From Eledone cirrhosa (Eukaryota): DNA of 64,000 bases. Below the pieces are notes generated by a model. The model was not told the DNA's origin. It saw only the letters and a program-made list of their open reading frames with translations, and did no database searches. This document shows, one piece after another, positions 1 to 14,449 of this stretch. The number at the start of each line of letters is the position of its first letter. Position 1 is the first letter of the stretch. The translations under genes were made by a program, and so were the position numbers. The stretch is from assembly GCA_964016885.1 (NCBI GenBank), contig OZ024746.1, positions 41,292,001 to 41,356,000 of the forward strand, in the 5' to 3' direction.

Positions 1-883
1 AAGCTGAGACAGCTAATCAACACATTATGTTTAGATGGCAAACCCTCCCATTTTATCATCGATTTTTTGGTCACATATTCCTTAACTTATATTCAAGTAT
101 ATACAGTAGTTTAAAATCTTCCAATATATCATATATAAGAACCATATGTTAAGCTACTATCTAAGTAATGAAATAAATATTTGAGTAAATCCCTCATGAA
201 TTAATTGAAATACAGTGTATTTCATTGTAAATATGGTCATGAAAGGGTTAAATGGGATTCAGTTAAGAATTGATACTGTGGCAGACTAGTCTATACAAAA
301 CTAGATTAGAGTATCTTTATCTTGTCAGGAACTTATCATATGCTTCAAGGTGTTCATTATAGTTAATCACTATTATTAAATATAATTAAACAAAGTTAAT
401 TGTGTTCAATGCTTTTTCATTGATTAGTCCATAGAAATTCTGTTCCAGCATGATTCCCAATAAAGTTAAGTATAGACAGTCAATTGCAACATGTATAGCA
501 AATGACATCCATATTATTGTAAGACATTTCAAGAACAGTGTATAATAAATGTAATTTAGTTTTTTTTCTCTTTAAAATAATTAGCAATAACATTTTTCCT
601 TTGTTTCATATTGAAAGGAAAATGTTTGTTTCACTTGAGTTTTTATTTTAAATTAATTGTCTTTTAATTTTCTGAAATGAAATTTCATAAAGGCTGGGTG
701 AATTCATATACAACCCTATGCATTCATATACAACCCTATTATGCTTAACACTTTCTTACTGCTACTGCTATCTAATTATAACCAATTTGTTTGCACTATA
801 TGCAAATGAGCATTTTTGACAAATGTTCATCACACAAAATCTATATAGATTTTAATCTGTTTACATCTCAGTACCGGTTGACT

Positions 884-934
884 GAATGACACTGATGAGA
901 GATTAACGAATCCTGAAACAGTTGTCAGGCATTC
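884..934 (+). ncRNA. Type I hammerhead ribozyme motif (stem I partly decayed)
   Basis: gaatgaca-CTGATGA-gagatt-aacg-aatcct-GAAA-c-agtt-g-TC-aggcattc: both core boxes, GUC triplet, stem I gaatg/cattc. Confidence 0.65.
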
Positions 935-1415
935 TCAACAGCTACTGAGATACTTGTTACTTGTTCATAGAGCAAAAGAGAGAAAAAATAATTTTTTCAT
1001 AATGAAAAAATATTTTTCCTTTGATAGTATGGCCCTCATATATTTATTGTATATGCTTTCATATACACCACTATTATGTATATATCATCACCATCATCAT
1101 CATTGTTTAGTGTCCATTTTCTATGCTAGCATGGGTAGGATGGTATGTCCCTTTGTGAAAGATCAGGTCGGAGGACCGTCTTTCACTCACGCAGAACTGA
1201 CTTTGACTTGGTTTCTACGGCTGTATGCCCTTCCTAACACCAACCACATTTACAGTGTATGCTGGGTGCTTTTTGTTGTGACACCTACATGACCACTTTA
1301 CAGTGTGGACTGGGAGCTTTTGTCTAGACACCTATATATATATGTATATATACTGAGAGGTTATAGGGATGCTGATGATAAATATCAACAATATCTGTAA
1401 GGTAGAATATGTTCA

Positions 1416-1485
<70 letters not shown>

Positions 1486-1539
1486 TATATACATACATAT
1501 ATATACATATACATATATATATACATATATATATATAAA

Positions 1540-2025
1540 TACAATATCGGAGAAAGCTTTTTAGCGATACTCCGGCCAAATTCCAACTCACTCAACAAAC
1601 ATTAGGAAATAAGTGATTATATTCCCAATTATGTGTTCGGGGTGCTAACTAAAAGTATTGTGTGGAAAATTGGCTGTATTATTTCAAATGAGACATATCT
1701 AATATATCTCTTCCCAGACGGACATCTTGTTTCATTATAGGATTCCTACAATTTGGGTGAAATTATACCAATTTATGTAGGAGCTTGTATACCATCAATA
1801 GATATATATTCAAGTGGGCTCCTATAATTCATCAGTGGGTGCCCCAATAATACTAATATTGATAATCTAACCAACATCAGCATTTAGCGATAATCACTTT
1901 CTGTGCCTGAGGTATCTGTCAGGTTGTCAGTCCAATTATGTATATATATGTAGTTTCAGAAGATCCCGTTAAGGGTGAAAGCAGCGATTCTTTGCTTAAA
2001 CTTTAATCTGTTATTTTAATAAATA
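1540..2025 (+). mobile_element. Putative 3' end of a Penelope-like element (ORF C-terminus plus pLTR with degenerate hammerhead)
   Basis: Frame ends [17 protein letters not shown], resembling the PLE C-terminal ES..I...P.LN motif; downstream agttt-CAGAAGA-tccc-gttaa-gggt-GAAA-gcag..ttgc-TT-aaact (1952-2002), then AATAAA. Confidence 0.5.
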
Positions 2026-2029
2026 TATA

Positions 2030-4234
2030 TCATCATCATCATCATCACCGTTTTACGTCCGTTCTTCCACGCTAGCATGGGTTAGACGGGTTGTCCTGTT
2101 GTGGGCAGTGTCTGGTCGGCTGACCATGCCTTGCTCATACAGGAACTGATCTGGCTTGATTTCTACAGCTGGATGCCCTTCCTAACACCAACCTCATTTA
2201 CAGTGAGTGCTGGGTGCTTTTTCGTGGCGCCTACATGTCCACTTTACAGTGTGGGCTGGGTGCTTTTTTGCCGTGGCACCTCCATGACCACCTTGCGGTG
2301 GGGGTCTGGGGGCATATTGTCTATATGCTTCAGCTTGTACCCATGGGAGGTCGGGTACTCTGTATTACTGCGTGACGCCAGAAGTCACGGTCGTGTGTCA
2401 TTGTCTTTGAGAGGTGTAATTGGGTAAGGTCGGCTTTTATCACCTCATCCCAGGTCATCTTGGGTCTCCCCACTCCGCGTTTTCCATCAACTTCTAGTGC
2501 TCTGCACCTTTTTATGCAGCTGTCATCCTTCATACGCATCACATGTCCATGCCAGTGCAACCACCTCTCCTGCACACAGCATTTGATTCCTCTTATGCTC
2601 AGTCTCTCTCTCAATTCATTTATGCTTTGTCGTTCACGTATATTACTGTTACACATCCATCGGAGCATGCAGGCTTCGTTTCTCTCTAATCTACGTAAGT
2701 CTTCCACCTTCAGCGCCCAGGTCTCACTACCATGCAACATCGCTGTTCGGATACATGCATCATACAGTCTGCCTTTCATTCTGAGGGAGAAGCCTTTTGC
2801 AGCTAGCAGTGGTAGTAGTTCCCTAAACTTCTTCCATCCCGTTCTTACCCTAGTTATTGTACTTTCTGAACACCCACCTCCGCTGCTAATTCGGTCACCT
2901 AGGTAGCAGAAGCTGTCTACTGTTTCTACAGGGCCCTCCCAGAGATTGGTGGTACTTGTTTCCTGTGGCTGTTTGCTGCTTGCTGTCTCAGCACAGCTGC
3001 TGCATGTGAATCCTACATTCTTAATTAAGCTTCCTGAGATCCCGCTACATCTCTTGTGTACCCATTGTTTGCATTTGGGGCAGAGAATGGAGTTCCTACC
3101 TACACCTTTCCTACATACTGAGCAAGGCCATTTCCCTGAGGGGATCTGGGTTCTGTTTTCTCGTCTACTTACAAGGACCTTAGTCTTTGTCATGTTGACT
3201 TTGAGACCCTTTCTTTCTAGACCCTGCTTCCAAGTTTGGAATTTATTCTCTAGTTCTACCATAGATTCAGCTATGAGTGCGAGGTCATCAGCATACAGGA
3301 GTTCCCATGGGCATCTGGTCTTAAACTCCTCCGTTATTGCCTGCAGGACTATGATAAACAGGAGAGGGCTAAGAACAGCGCCCTGGTAGACCCCAACCTG
3401 TACGCTAAATTCCTCGCTATACTCATTGCTAATCCTAACTTTGCTGACTGCTCCCCTATACATGGCTTGTACCGCTTTCACAAGCCATTCATCTACTCCT
3501 AGTTTTCTAAGAGCCCACCAGATTACAGCACGTGGAACTCTGTCAAAGGCTTTCTCAAGGTCGACAAATGCCAAGTAGAGTGGCTTACTTTTAGCTAGGT
3601 ACTTTTCCTGTAATTGCCTCACAAGGAAGAGGGCATCAGTGGTGCCTCTTCCTGGTACAAACCCAAATTGCATCTCGTCTATTTTCACCCGGTCCCTAAT
3701 CAGCTGTGCTATAACTCTTTCTGTTACTTTCATGACCTGGTCCATCAACTTTATACCTCTATAGTTTCCTCTATCTAGTGCATCGCCTTTACCTTTGTAG
3801 CAGTTGACAATGATGCTACTGCACCAATCTTTTGGTATGGCACCTTCTAGTATTACCTGGTTAACGATACGTGTGGTTATAGTGTGACCTACAGACCCAG
3901 ATGCCTTCAGCATCTCGGCAGCTATACCTGATGGACCGGTTGCCTTCCCCATCTTCATATCTTTGATTGCCTTACTTACTACGCTGCTGCTGACTTGTAC
4001 TGCTGGTCCCTCTATAGGGTCTACTTGGGGTAGGGTCTCTCTTTCCATGCATTCTCCTCATTTAGTAATCTATCATAATGACTCTTCCATGCATCTTTCT
4101 TCTCAGCACTTGTGAGGGCAAGCTCACCTTTATCATTCCGGATACACTTCTCTCCAATGACATCACAACTATCTCTGACACACTGCCTCGCAATCTTGAA
4201 TACCTCCTGTTTCTGGCCCTCACGTTGTAAAACA
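2030..4234 (-). mobile_element. 5'-truncated RTE-clade LINE (subfamily A) with (GAT)n tail
   Basis: RT ORF, 3'UTR shared with other copies, (CAT)n at the left end, truncated into (TA)n; frameshift near 4049. Confidence 0.95.
2330..4048 (-). CDS. RTE LINE reverse transcriptase (partial) with internal PHD-like finger
   Basis: [53 protein letters not shown]; CxxC..CxxCxxxxHxxC..CxxC insert. Confidence 0.9.
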   Translation of the reverse strand: MERETLPQVDPIEGPAVQVSSSVVSKAIKDMKMGKATGPSGIAAEMLKASGSVGHTITTRIVNQVILEGAIPKDWCSSIIVNCYKGKGDALDRGNYRGIKLMDQVMKVTERVIAQLIRDRVKIDEMQFGFVPGRGTTDALFLVRQLQEKYLAKSKPLYLAFVDLEKAFDRVPRAVIWWALRKLGVDEWLVKAVQAMYRGAVSKVRISNEYSEEFSVQVGVYQGAVLSPLLFIIVLQAITEEFKTRCPWELLYADDLALIAESMVELENKFQTWKQGLERKGLKVNMTKTKVLVSRRENRTQIPSGKWPCSVCRKGVGRNSILCPKCKQWVHKRCSGISGSLIKNVGFTCSSCAETASSKQPQETSTTNLWEGPVETVDSFCYLGDRISSGGGCSESTITRVRTGWKKFRELLPLLAAKGFSLRMKGRLYDACIRTAMLHGSETWALKVEDLRRLERNEACMLRWMCNSNIRERQSINELRERLSIRGIKCCVQERWLHWHGHVMRMKDDSCIKRCRALEVDGKRGVGRPKMTWDEVIKADLTQLHLSKTMTHDRDFWRHAVIQSTRPPMGTS

Positions 4235-5559
4235 TATATATATATTTATATATATATATATATATATTGAGGGATATACATACATATTTGGCCCTATATA
4301 TTTAGAAAAATGTACAATATGACTTACATACTTATATCTACATATGTTTACACATACAAATATTAACTCATATATATGAAAATTGAATTAGAAACTTTTG
4401 TCGTACTTTTGGCTACAGAAAATAATCTAATAACAGAGTATATAAACTCACAGAATGGAAACAAATGAGTATCATGTATGTATGTATGCACACATACACA
4501 TACATATATATTCATACATCACACTTTCATAGACTGAGTCACAGAGGGAGCTGTTATGTAGTCTCTTGACTGCAAAAAACAGCAGCTAAATGTTTCCTAA
4601 ATAATACCCCACTGTCTTAAAAAAGGGATGATGCATTAGATAATGTAGTTCAAATGAATTATGTCAGAAAATAAAAGATTGGATTATCATGGCTATAATT
4701 CGTATGACCATAGGTCTGCTGGATCAAGCTTAACCCAAGACTAAACAACAATGTATACATCACTTGCATGAATATATGTCTACATACATACAGATACTGG
4801 CACATCCACACAACGGAATTAGGAATGTGTATCCCTGTACAATTTATATGCATGAAAATTCAAAAGGAATAAATATACAAACATATCTGTATCTAATCTA
4901 TATTTATAGGCATATGTTTATGAGTATGTATATACTTACATACACATAAAAAGACACATACATAAGATGCACAAATATACATAATATAGAATGTGTATGA
5001 ATCATAATAAATCTAATTATCTTATCGTTAAACTGTCTTAATTATAATTCCTGTTACACGAACATATACTTGATATATGTAGAGGAATTATTATTGATAT
5101 ATGTACAGCATATACATATAAACTTGATATATATATATAGCAATTAATAGGTTTTTTATTAATAAAATCTTACCAATAATATATGATTTATTTGATATTC
5201 GTAAGGGTCAAATATTGAATGAAACTAGGATATTTTGCTATGTTAGAGATATATGTAACTTACCTTATTCCCTGTAGGTTAAATTACTAAACAAATCTTA
5301 CATGATTCATAGGGTGTAACAATATTCAAACAACTGCTTAGTTTGCAGATATATATTGATGATGATGATAATGATATTTGTAAGTTTATTTAAGATGTTA
5401 GGAAGTTAATACCCTTCTAAGGTAATGTTTAGTATGTTTACTTGGATAGATGGAAACACCTAGTTCAATTATATTTAATGTATTGTTTACAAATGTATGT
5501 TTTTTCTTGTACACATTTCGTAGTTTATAGTGATATTGATGATAAATATCAACAATATG

Positions 5560-5845
5560 GAGATGATAAAGAAATGTGGTGAGGGGAGAGATGCTGTGCT
5601 GAGAAGGACCCATCCTACGCATGCAAGTGTGTAATTAGGGAATGGCAAGCATGGCATGTGCCAAGAAATACAGGTGGAAAGAAGTTGCAGTAGAGGTAGA
5701 TCAATAAGACCTGGGCAGAGGTGGTGAGAACTGATCTCAAATTGCTGGGACTTACAGAGGAGATGATAAAGAAACATGGTGATGCTGTGCTGTGTGGAAG
5801 TGTGGAAAAACGGATGTAAAATCGATGATGATGATGATGATGATG
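5560..5845 (+). mobile_element. Old RTE 3' fragment
   Basis: Degenerate GRP..RW coding end and RTE-type tail ending in (GAT)n. Confidence 0.55.
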
Positions 5846-6479
5846 TATATATATATATATATATACCTCAAGGAAAAATATGTAAAGGCTGGATTCCAGT
5901 AACTTCTTTTATTGTTGCACAAATGTATTTCTGTGGCTAATTGATTACATCATCAAACCATCAAATCATGAGCCAATTCAATCGGGAATGTTATAAGATG
6001 GCATGAACATAATAGATTTAGTTAAGTAATCCTTACTAAAGCACATCAAAATAAGAACAAAAATAAAGAATTAATGATATGGAGGCAGCTGGATTAGTGA
6101 TGTTACCACCAAGACCGTCCATGTTGATAGCTTATATTGCATTAGAAATGTTATATAACAACCTTATTACATAAGATGCTGTCTTATGTAATCATGTTAG
6201 TGGTTGTGTGATGGCAGCATTATGTACTTTATACAATAATGATAATTGTGAAGGCCAGATGTAGATATTCATTTTATTCATAATCTGCTGTAATACATAT
6301 TTCTGTGGCATTAATAATTACATAATGCTTCCATCACAGATCCACCAGCATGATTTCATCAAACAGCATTTTAAGTAATACGGTGGCTATGTAACATTTC
6401 TAATGAAATACAGGCTATCAACATGGGTACAAACTCTCATAGGACACACATCAAATTTGCAACCTGTATAATATACACC

Positions 6480-6970
6480 AAGGGTGTTGGACCTACGATC
6501 ATAATGTTGTGGGTTTGATTCGTGGGCTGGGTTGCGTGTTGTGTTCTTGAGCAAAATATTTCATTTCATGTTGCTCCTCAGGTGAAAATGAGCACCAGCA
6601 ATAGCTAGGGGTTTAACCCTGCAATGGACCGGCGTCCTGTCCAGGAGGAAGTCTTGTACATTTAGTCGCTTCATGCCACAAAACTAGGACAAGCACTGGC
6701 CTAATGAGCCTTAAATGGCTTAAGACAGACTTTAGACTTTAGAGATGACACTTTAGAGATGTAATTTTATAACAATTACATTATGATAATTATGTTAAGG
6801 CACAGGATTTAATTATTAGAGTGTTGGGTTCACAAGCAGGAGCTTGTGAGTCTGATTCCTGAACCAGGTGCTGTGTTGTGTTCTTGAGCAAGACACTATA
6901 TTTCACATTATTCCAGTTCACTCAGTTGGAAAAAAATGTGCTGTGATATCACTGGTGCCAAGCTATACTG
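6480..6970 (+). mobile_element. Two degenerate tRNA-derived CORE-like SINE copies
   Basis: B-box-like ggtttgattc; gtgttgtgttcttgagcaagacact motif shared with the copies at 17070 and 26369. Confidence 0.6.
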
Positions 6971-7854
6971 ACCACATCTACATCTAGCTTTTGTTGATGT
7001 CGAGAAGGCCTTTACAAGACTAGTTCTGTTTCTTTTAGAACCAAAATTGTTGGAAGAGTGGCATAACTTAGCTAATTCCTTACGAGCAACTGACTTATAA
7101 GCAACTGACCACATTAGGGTATGGTAGCATTATCAGTTGTGAACGTGCTTACACTGTCTTCCCCACACCACCAGATCATGTTTGCACATTATAGTGACAG
7201 CCAGAAACAGAGTGAAAGAGAGAGGTATGAAGGAAGAGGGAAGAGTGCATGTTAATATTAGAAGATGATAAATCAAATAAATAAATTGTGGTCATTAAAC
7301 TCTCATCAATTTATCATAAACATTAAGGGAGAATGCTTCAATTAACATTAGAAAATAAATAATAAATAAATATATTTTGGCCTAAATATACTCCTTATCT
7401 ATTTAACATAAGCATTTTTACTGGCTGGAGAAGGCAATTTCAGCTAAATAGTTTTATGGTCTTTTAATGACCAATGGAATGATGGATATCAAAGGAAGCC
7501 AGTGATCCTGGAGTAGAATATTGGAGTGGGACTAGTGTCTGCTGGAAGGTCATTTAGGGTCAGAGTAGAAGATAGAAGGAACCTAGGCAAGGGGAAAGGG
7601 AAGATACTTGAATCAAAGTAACTATTAACAGAGATCGGGGAATGAGAAATTAGATGAATTTAAATAGTTTAGCTAAGTACAAGCAGATACACACAGATAC
7701 ATACACACACACATACATGCACACACACATACATACATGTATTCATACATGCATACATACATACTCACACATACATACATACTTGCACACACACATACAT
7801 ACATATACACATACAACCCACGCTAGGGTTGAAAATAGACGTTAAACGATGATA

Positions 7855-8035
7855 ATTGTTTCTACTTTAGGCACAAGGCCAGCAATTACCCAGTGTATTA
7901 CTGGTACTTTATTTTATCGACCCCATAAGGATGAAAGGAAAAGTCTACCTCGGCGGGATTTGAACTCAGATCGTAAAGGGACGTAACTATGCTGGAAAGC
8001 ATAGCGTCCGACCCTCTACCGATACTGCCAATCCA
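7855..8035 (-). mobile_element. tRNA-derived SINE, family A
   Basis: Head tggcagtatcggtagag, B box gagttcaaatccc, central ctttcatccttatggggtcgataaaataaagtaccag, tail ggccttgtgcc..gaaacaatt. Confidence 0.85.
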
Positions 8036-8679
8036 AACGATGATAATGATGATATATACATACATACATAACATACATACATACATGCACACACATATAT
8101 GCAAATATCCTTGTGTATACTTAAATACCAGCATATATTTATATATAACAAATATTCATAAAAGTATTTAGACGCACAAATAAATAGGCAACATATGTGT
8201 CAATATATGTATACATACATGGTGGATTGTTTGTTGGTTTCAACACTGAAAAATTAGTTGTTTAATCAACTGAATGTCTGACATGTGAATTAATGTGTAA
8301 ATGGTTGAGTATTTCACAGACACGTGTATCATTAATGTAATTCACAAGCCAAACCAACAGGTACAATCAGGGCCTATGAGAGAGGGGTCCAAGAGCTAAG
8401 AAGGTCCCACAGCAACCGTGCAACATCCATTTTGAGAAAAATATTTGCCTGCTTGGGGCCCCAAAGGGGTCTTGTACTGCCTTGCAAAATTTCTCTTGGA
8501 GGCCCTGGGTATAATCCATCTGAGAGTCTTCTATACAGCTTCTGTCTATCCAATTTCACTCACAATGTTTGTGTCCACCTGAAGCTATGGTGAATAAACT
8601 TACTCAAGATAACACACAGTTTGATCAAATCTGGGACCACATGATTGTAAATGGAACTTCTGAACAACTGCTTTATATT

Positions 8680-9040
8680 GTGGATGAAAATGTTGATAAC
8701 CTGATCAATTTCCCAACTTTCATCAATAATATGAAATCTCACACCCAATTCACTATGGAGTTCAGTAAATTGCTCTTCTTTCAACACCATTTTTTGTCTA
8801 TTTTCCATGTTTGCCTGGGTTACTAATAACTAAATGAAACACATATCTGATATATATATTTAAACCTACCAACTCACAACAATACCTCTATTTGATATAA
8901 TTTCCTTTAAAAAAATCCACCCAAGTTAACATTCCATTCAATTTTGCTAAGTGAGCCTGCAAAATAGATTCAAACCCAACACCAAGAGATGATAGATTAG
9001 GAGGGATGAACAAAATTACTCTTCAAGAAGTATGGTAGAA
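8680..9040 (+). pseudogene. Degenerate Penelope-like RT remnant
   Basis: NNMKSHTQFTME, DIY(I)KPTNSQQYL and IPFNFA resemble PLE RT motifs LN..HP.I.FT.E, Y.KPT....YL and IP...A. Confidence 0.6.
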
Positions 9041-10718
9041 ACCCAAGTTAGTTTTGTAAGAACTATCTTTAATCTTTTCATTGCCATATCTCTTATGAAA
9101 GACATTGCCTATAATTTTGAAAATAATCAAGAAAAGAATTTGAAGGGATTTAGTAATATAACTTTCTCATTATTAAGCTGATGTTTGGAGCATAACATAA
9201 CAAAATTTCTACCAAAAAATTATGACAGAAGCTTATTAGATAAATATGAACATTGTAAGATAAAGAGTTTTGTATCATAAAACAAGGTTAGTTTCAGGTG
9301 GTTTGGTACCAAACAGTTAATGGAATATCACATGCTATGATGGCCATCAGAGACTTAGTAAAAAAGCCATGTGAATAGCAGCACATTTTTTACTTCCATG
9401 CCAAATCCCAGTTGTCAATAGCAGTTAGTCTCTGTTTCAATTAGCTTTGATTTTTTAGTATCCCTCATAGCATTCTTCCTCTGTAGTTACAACCCAAACT
9501 CTTAATGGCTTCCTTCATGGTTATTGTGATTTGTTCTACAATTTCAAAGTGAAACTCTTTAACCTACCCAAATATTATGGACAGATTAACAACTCTTGTC
9601 TTTTGAGATCTCTGTGAAAAAGCCCATTCAACTGCATGAGGAAAAATTTTCATTTCTGTTCTTGTCTTCACTACAGCAGTGATATCAACCATAAAAGCAC
9701 ACAGTGGCTATGAAATGTGTGTGCAGTGGTTGTTTCTTTGTGAGATGTATTTATTTTTTATTTGTATATAGTGTTTCTGTTTGTTTATGAGTAGGTGTCT
9801 TGGAGTGTATACAATTGTTTAGACAAGATGGATGAGCTTGATTTGTTAACAGTGGTTGGAATATAGTGGGGTGGAGTAATGTGGACATTAAAAAAGAAAG
9901 GAAGGGAAGAAGTAAAGGTTTGTTTGTGAGAAAGGAATTTTGGGATGCATAAAATTGTTTTTTTTTTGGGTGGTGGTGGTGGGGGGGGGGGGAGGAATGG
10001 TCATAGATAGAGATCAAAATATAGATTATGTGGTGTATGGTGGTGGTGGTGGTGATGGTGGTGGTGGAGGTTGTGTTCTGGTTGTGTGGTTTGTTTGTGA
10101 GTAAAGGGTTTTAAAGTAGATAAATTTATTTTGGATACAGTGAAGATCGCAGATCAGAATAAAAGAGCCCGAATGGGATGGAGTGGGGTAGTGGTTAGGG
10201 AAACCTGTTTGTTGGTTATAAAGTTGATTAATTTAATAATTTATTTATGGTGTAAGAGGTGATGCTGAATAGAAAAACTGAAACCCAAATATTAGTTTAT
10301 ATATGGTAGAGGTTGAATGGAGAGAGAAAGGAAGAGAGAAAGAGGCTATTGATTTTAATAGGAGGCTCCTCTATATAGCTATGTAGGTGTAAATGTAAAG
10401 ATAGCCAAATAGACACACAAATCTATACATATACAAAGTGCTATCAGAAAGTTTCTAGAGTGCATAAGATGTGATTGTAATACTGTATTCAATGAAAATG
10501 CATGTGCAACTGATGATCATTGAGAGAAGGTCTATTGAGTAAGACTACAAATAGTCTTCATACTATCTATTTATGTTCAATTATTATGTAGGACTTTGTA
10601 ACAATTAGAACAACTCTGCATTTTTTACGATGACTGACAAATTCAAGCTATCCTAAATTTGAGAATCACACACATTTTCATTCTCACGTGGTCAAATGTT
10701 TGTTGAAAATTAAACTTG

Positions 10719-11560
10719 TATGAGATTTATCCCAAGAGTAAGTGTACTGATGTTTTATTTAAATGTATATGAGATGTACATAAAATTACAAGTTATCTTT
10801 TTCAAAATATAATCCTTGGGAAGTCACACAGTAGTTCCAACGTTTTTCTATTAATTGTAACAGTACCAGAAGCCATTTTGGTGGGTGTCCTTAGGTTGTC
10901 AGATACAATTTTTTGTATGTTTTCCACAGTCCCAAAATGATGACCCATCAACTTCGATTTTAATTACACGGAGCTAGATCTGGACTGTAGGGAGGATGTG
11001 AAAAAGTGGGAATGTTTTTCTTCACTAGAAATTCTCTAATTGAAAGTGTTGTGTTTGGGCACTAATTTTGCACAAATCTTTTGCATGTGCAAATGAACTA
11101 TTAAAATTCTGGGAACTGCATTTTTATCCAAGCTCGTTTCTTCTGCAATCATGTTTATACTTAGCGATCTTTTGTTCATTTGATGACGAGATTGGCCTTC
11201 CAGAACAAGGTTTGTCTTCAACATTTTCTCTGCTCTTTTTGAAAGCTTTGTGTCTCTTAAAACCTTTCTTCTCGATAGAGTGGCATCTCCATAAGCTTGT
11301 GTTAAGAATTAGATATTTTGGAGACAGATTCTTTGAGTTTCACACACATTTTGATTGTGTACCATTGTTTGATATTTTCCCACATCACAAACATAACAGA
11401 GATATAAATAACTTATGATTGAATCAATCAATCATGTTGAAACAAGTATGTATGTGCAGCAAAGGTCATAACCAACATGCCTATATACATCAACGAGGTG
11501 CTATGTTTCCATGTCGTACATAGAAAAATCAATATCCTTACTTTTGGGACAAACCTCGTA
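10719..11560 (-). mobile_element. Internally deleted mariner element
   Basis: Imperfect TIRs TA-tgagatttatcccaagagtaag / cttacttttgggacaaacctcg-TA; remnants IKMCVKL, QAYGDATLSR, KICAKLVPK, HPPYSPDLAP, RWNYCVTSQGLYFE. Confidence 0.85.
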
Positions 11561-13443
11561 TATAGATGATTGAGATAAAAAACATGCAAGAATAGACCAA
11601 AGAATGCAGAATGTTAGAAATAATGTTACTTATATATTGTTATTATTATTGCGTGAAAGGAATATATGAGAGAATAACTCTAAAATAATATGTATAAGCT
11701 GTGTAAATTCTGGTTTTTATTTATTCATCATATAAGAACCAATATTAATTATATCTTCTTAACTATATCTTCTTAAGAAATATCTTCTTAAAAATATATC
11801 TTCTTTAAAACACCCTTCTAATAACAAATACTTTAATATCGACAAAAGATTAAAATTAAAATTTAAAAATAGCCTTGGAAGAAACAATAAAAAAAAAAAT
11901 ATCCCTATTCACAAGCAATATATAAGAGTAGCTAAATATTTAATTTGGCATGCATAGTATATTTTATTTTAATACCTAATAAATACTAATTGATAGTTTT
12001 CTTCTAAAAAATATAATTTACATTACTCATCATCATCTTCATCATGATTGTTTAACGTTTCTTTTCCCTGAAAATAAGGGCTGGATGAATGTATTTTACT
12101 ATGGAACCAGCACTAAGGAGGTTCTATTTTAAACACAACTGAAGAGTCCTCTCAACTCACTAACATTTTTTTCTATGGCTGTTGTCCTTATCCCCAACTG
12201 CCTTACAGAGTATACTGCATGCATTTTATCATGTACACACCAACATTAGAAAGGTTGTAGTGTCCTTGGTAAAACTTTAAAAAAAATAGCAAATAAATTA
12301 TAGGAAATAAAGTTAGGTGAAAGCATTTGTAAACACATGGTGCAAAATATATTATTTGAATGCTTTTATGTGTGGATATACATTTTTAATATCAGGTTGA
12401 ATTTTTAAATAAAGCTCTTTTAAATACTTCTATAACTTTTTTCCCAAACCTTTTCTCTTAAAAAATAAGGGTATATCTTATAAATAAGGGTATATCTTAT
12501 AACCTGAAAGTTATGGAAAATAGAAATTGGTTTGTTTCACCAAACCATATAAACATTTAAACAAACATTGCATAAACATAGCATAACTGATACTAACCTC
12601 AAATTTTCATCTCAACAGAAATTGTGAACGAACCTTTAGCTGTATACTTAAACAGCTATTTACAGTTAAATATTTAAAAAACCATTTATAAAATAACAAT
12701 GAATATGAGAGTGTCTCCCCTAACCCTGAAAATAATTACATATATTTATATCCCATGCTAGTGTGGAAAATGGACGTTAGACGATGATGATGATGATGAT
12801 GATGATGATGTATTTATATATTTATTCAATTACTATAGTTCCAAAGGTTTGTATTATTCAAACCATTTAATTTATATGACTTAAAATAAAAGAGAACCTC
12901 TATGATTAATTATGCTCTCCATTGTTTTTATAGATTCTTATACAGAAATATATTTATGATTTCTAATTCACATTCTATTCTTAACATTAGTTCATTGTCC
13001 TAATATTTTAATGCAATGATCATGTTTGACATTATCAACCAGGACTTTGAACCCTATAGTATAAATTCAATATTTGACCCCATTGCTTTTTTTAACTCAT
13101 TGGAATGTTTAAAAAAAAAAAATTCAAAATCTATCGATTGCAAATTAAAATGTAATGCATTATCATTACATCTGGTGTATTCATATTAATTTAATGTGAA
13201 AGTTTCAAAACTACATGAATTCAACAAATCAAATCTGCTATCAAACGTCAAGTTCCTTATCTTACTATGCATAATATATTGATCTAATATGAAATTTTGT
13301 TGCAAAAGGCTAAATGCATATTTATGGTCAAATATTTTAAATAATTTATAAGACAACAAAATACATAAACCCCTTATAAGAGTGTCTTCTCTAACCCTGA
13401 AAATAATTGTAAACAATTTATTATGTCACTAGTACTAGATAGT

Positions 13444-13671
13444 TTAACCCTTTAGCATTTAAACCGGCTGTATCCAGCTAGAATTCTCTCACCTCTTTCT
13501 GGTCAAACTGGTCATAACTGCCACTGATACTGAATTTAAGGTATTGTTCTCAACATAAATAATATCAAAATCTCATAGATTCGATATTATGAGAGATTAT
13601 TATGTGAGGTAAAGCCTTTGCTGCGAAAATATAATAGTAAATATAGAGTAATGTAAATAGTAATGGGTTAA
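13444..13671. mobile_element. piggyBac-like MITE (TTAA-CCCT termini)
   Basis: ttaaccctttagcattta...gggttaa; homologous (reverse orientation) to the copies at 60488 and 60853. Confidence 0.7.
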
Positions 13672-14449
13672 GTCTTGGTAGGACTAAAGGATCCTCTTGA
13701 TCCTAGGTTGTCTCCACTCATTTGCCAACCACATTACAGGATGTAGTGGGTGCATTTTACTGCAACACCATCACTAGTAAGACTAAAGAGAATTGGCAGA
13801 GACATTAGAGTTTTGGAAAAACTGCTTTGCAATATTTGTTTTAGCTCTGTGCAGTTCAAATTTTGCTACTGCCAACTTTGCTTTTCATCCTTTCAGAGTC
13901 AATGAAATATAGTGACGGGGATTGGCAGAATTGTTAAAGCATCAGATGAGATGACTTGCAGTATTAGTTCTGGCTCTTTGTGTTCTGAATCAAATCCTGT
14001 TGTGGCTTAATTGGGTGACAGACTTAACTAGTCACCTAATTTAATACCACATGTGTGCTTTTACCAAAGTTCACTCTGTTGTAAGGATTCAGACCAGGTT
14101 TCTGGCTCGATGATAAACAAGATTATATGCAGTCACACACACACAGACAATTGATAAAGTGTCCCAAATGAACACTCTATATATCTTCCACGCAGGAGAT
14201 GCAACTCATGACAAAACCTGTTCTGTTTATTACACTTACCTCCTTACACAAAAATTTCACATACCAATGTATTTTCTTGCATCTTCCCAGAGGAAGTCAT
14301 GTTGGTTCATAAAATGTTTGCTTGATAAAATATTCGGTTGAAAAAATCTTGAAACATATGTAACATAGATTTGTAAACCTTGTACTATATACCTTGTACA
14401 CACACATTGTACACTTAAAATCGATAAATCTCCTTATTTACAACAAACC

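Noticed and set aside
2460-3389. Antisense ORFs over the LINEs (also 28482-29297, 45562-46374, 47912-49372)
   Set aside because: Shadow frames of element coding sequence
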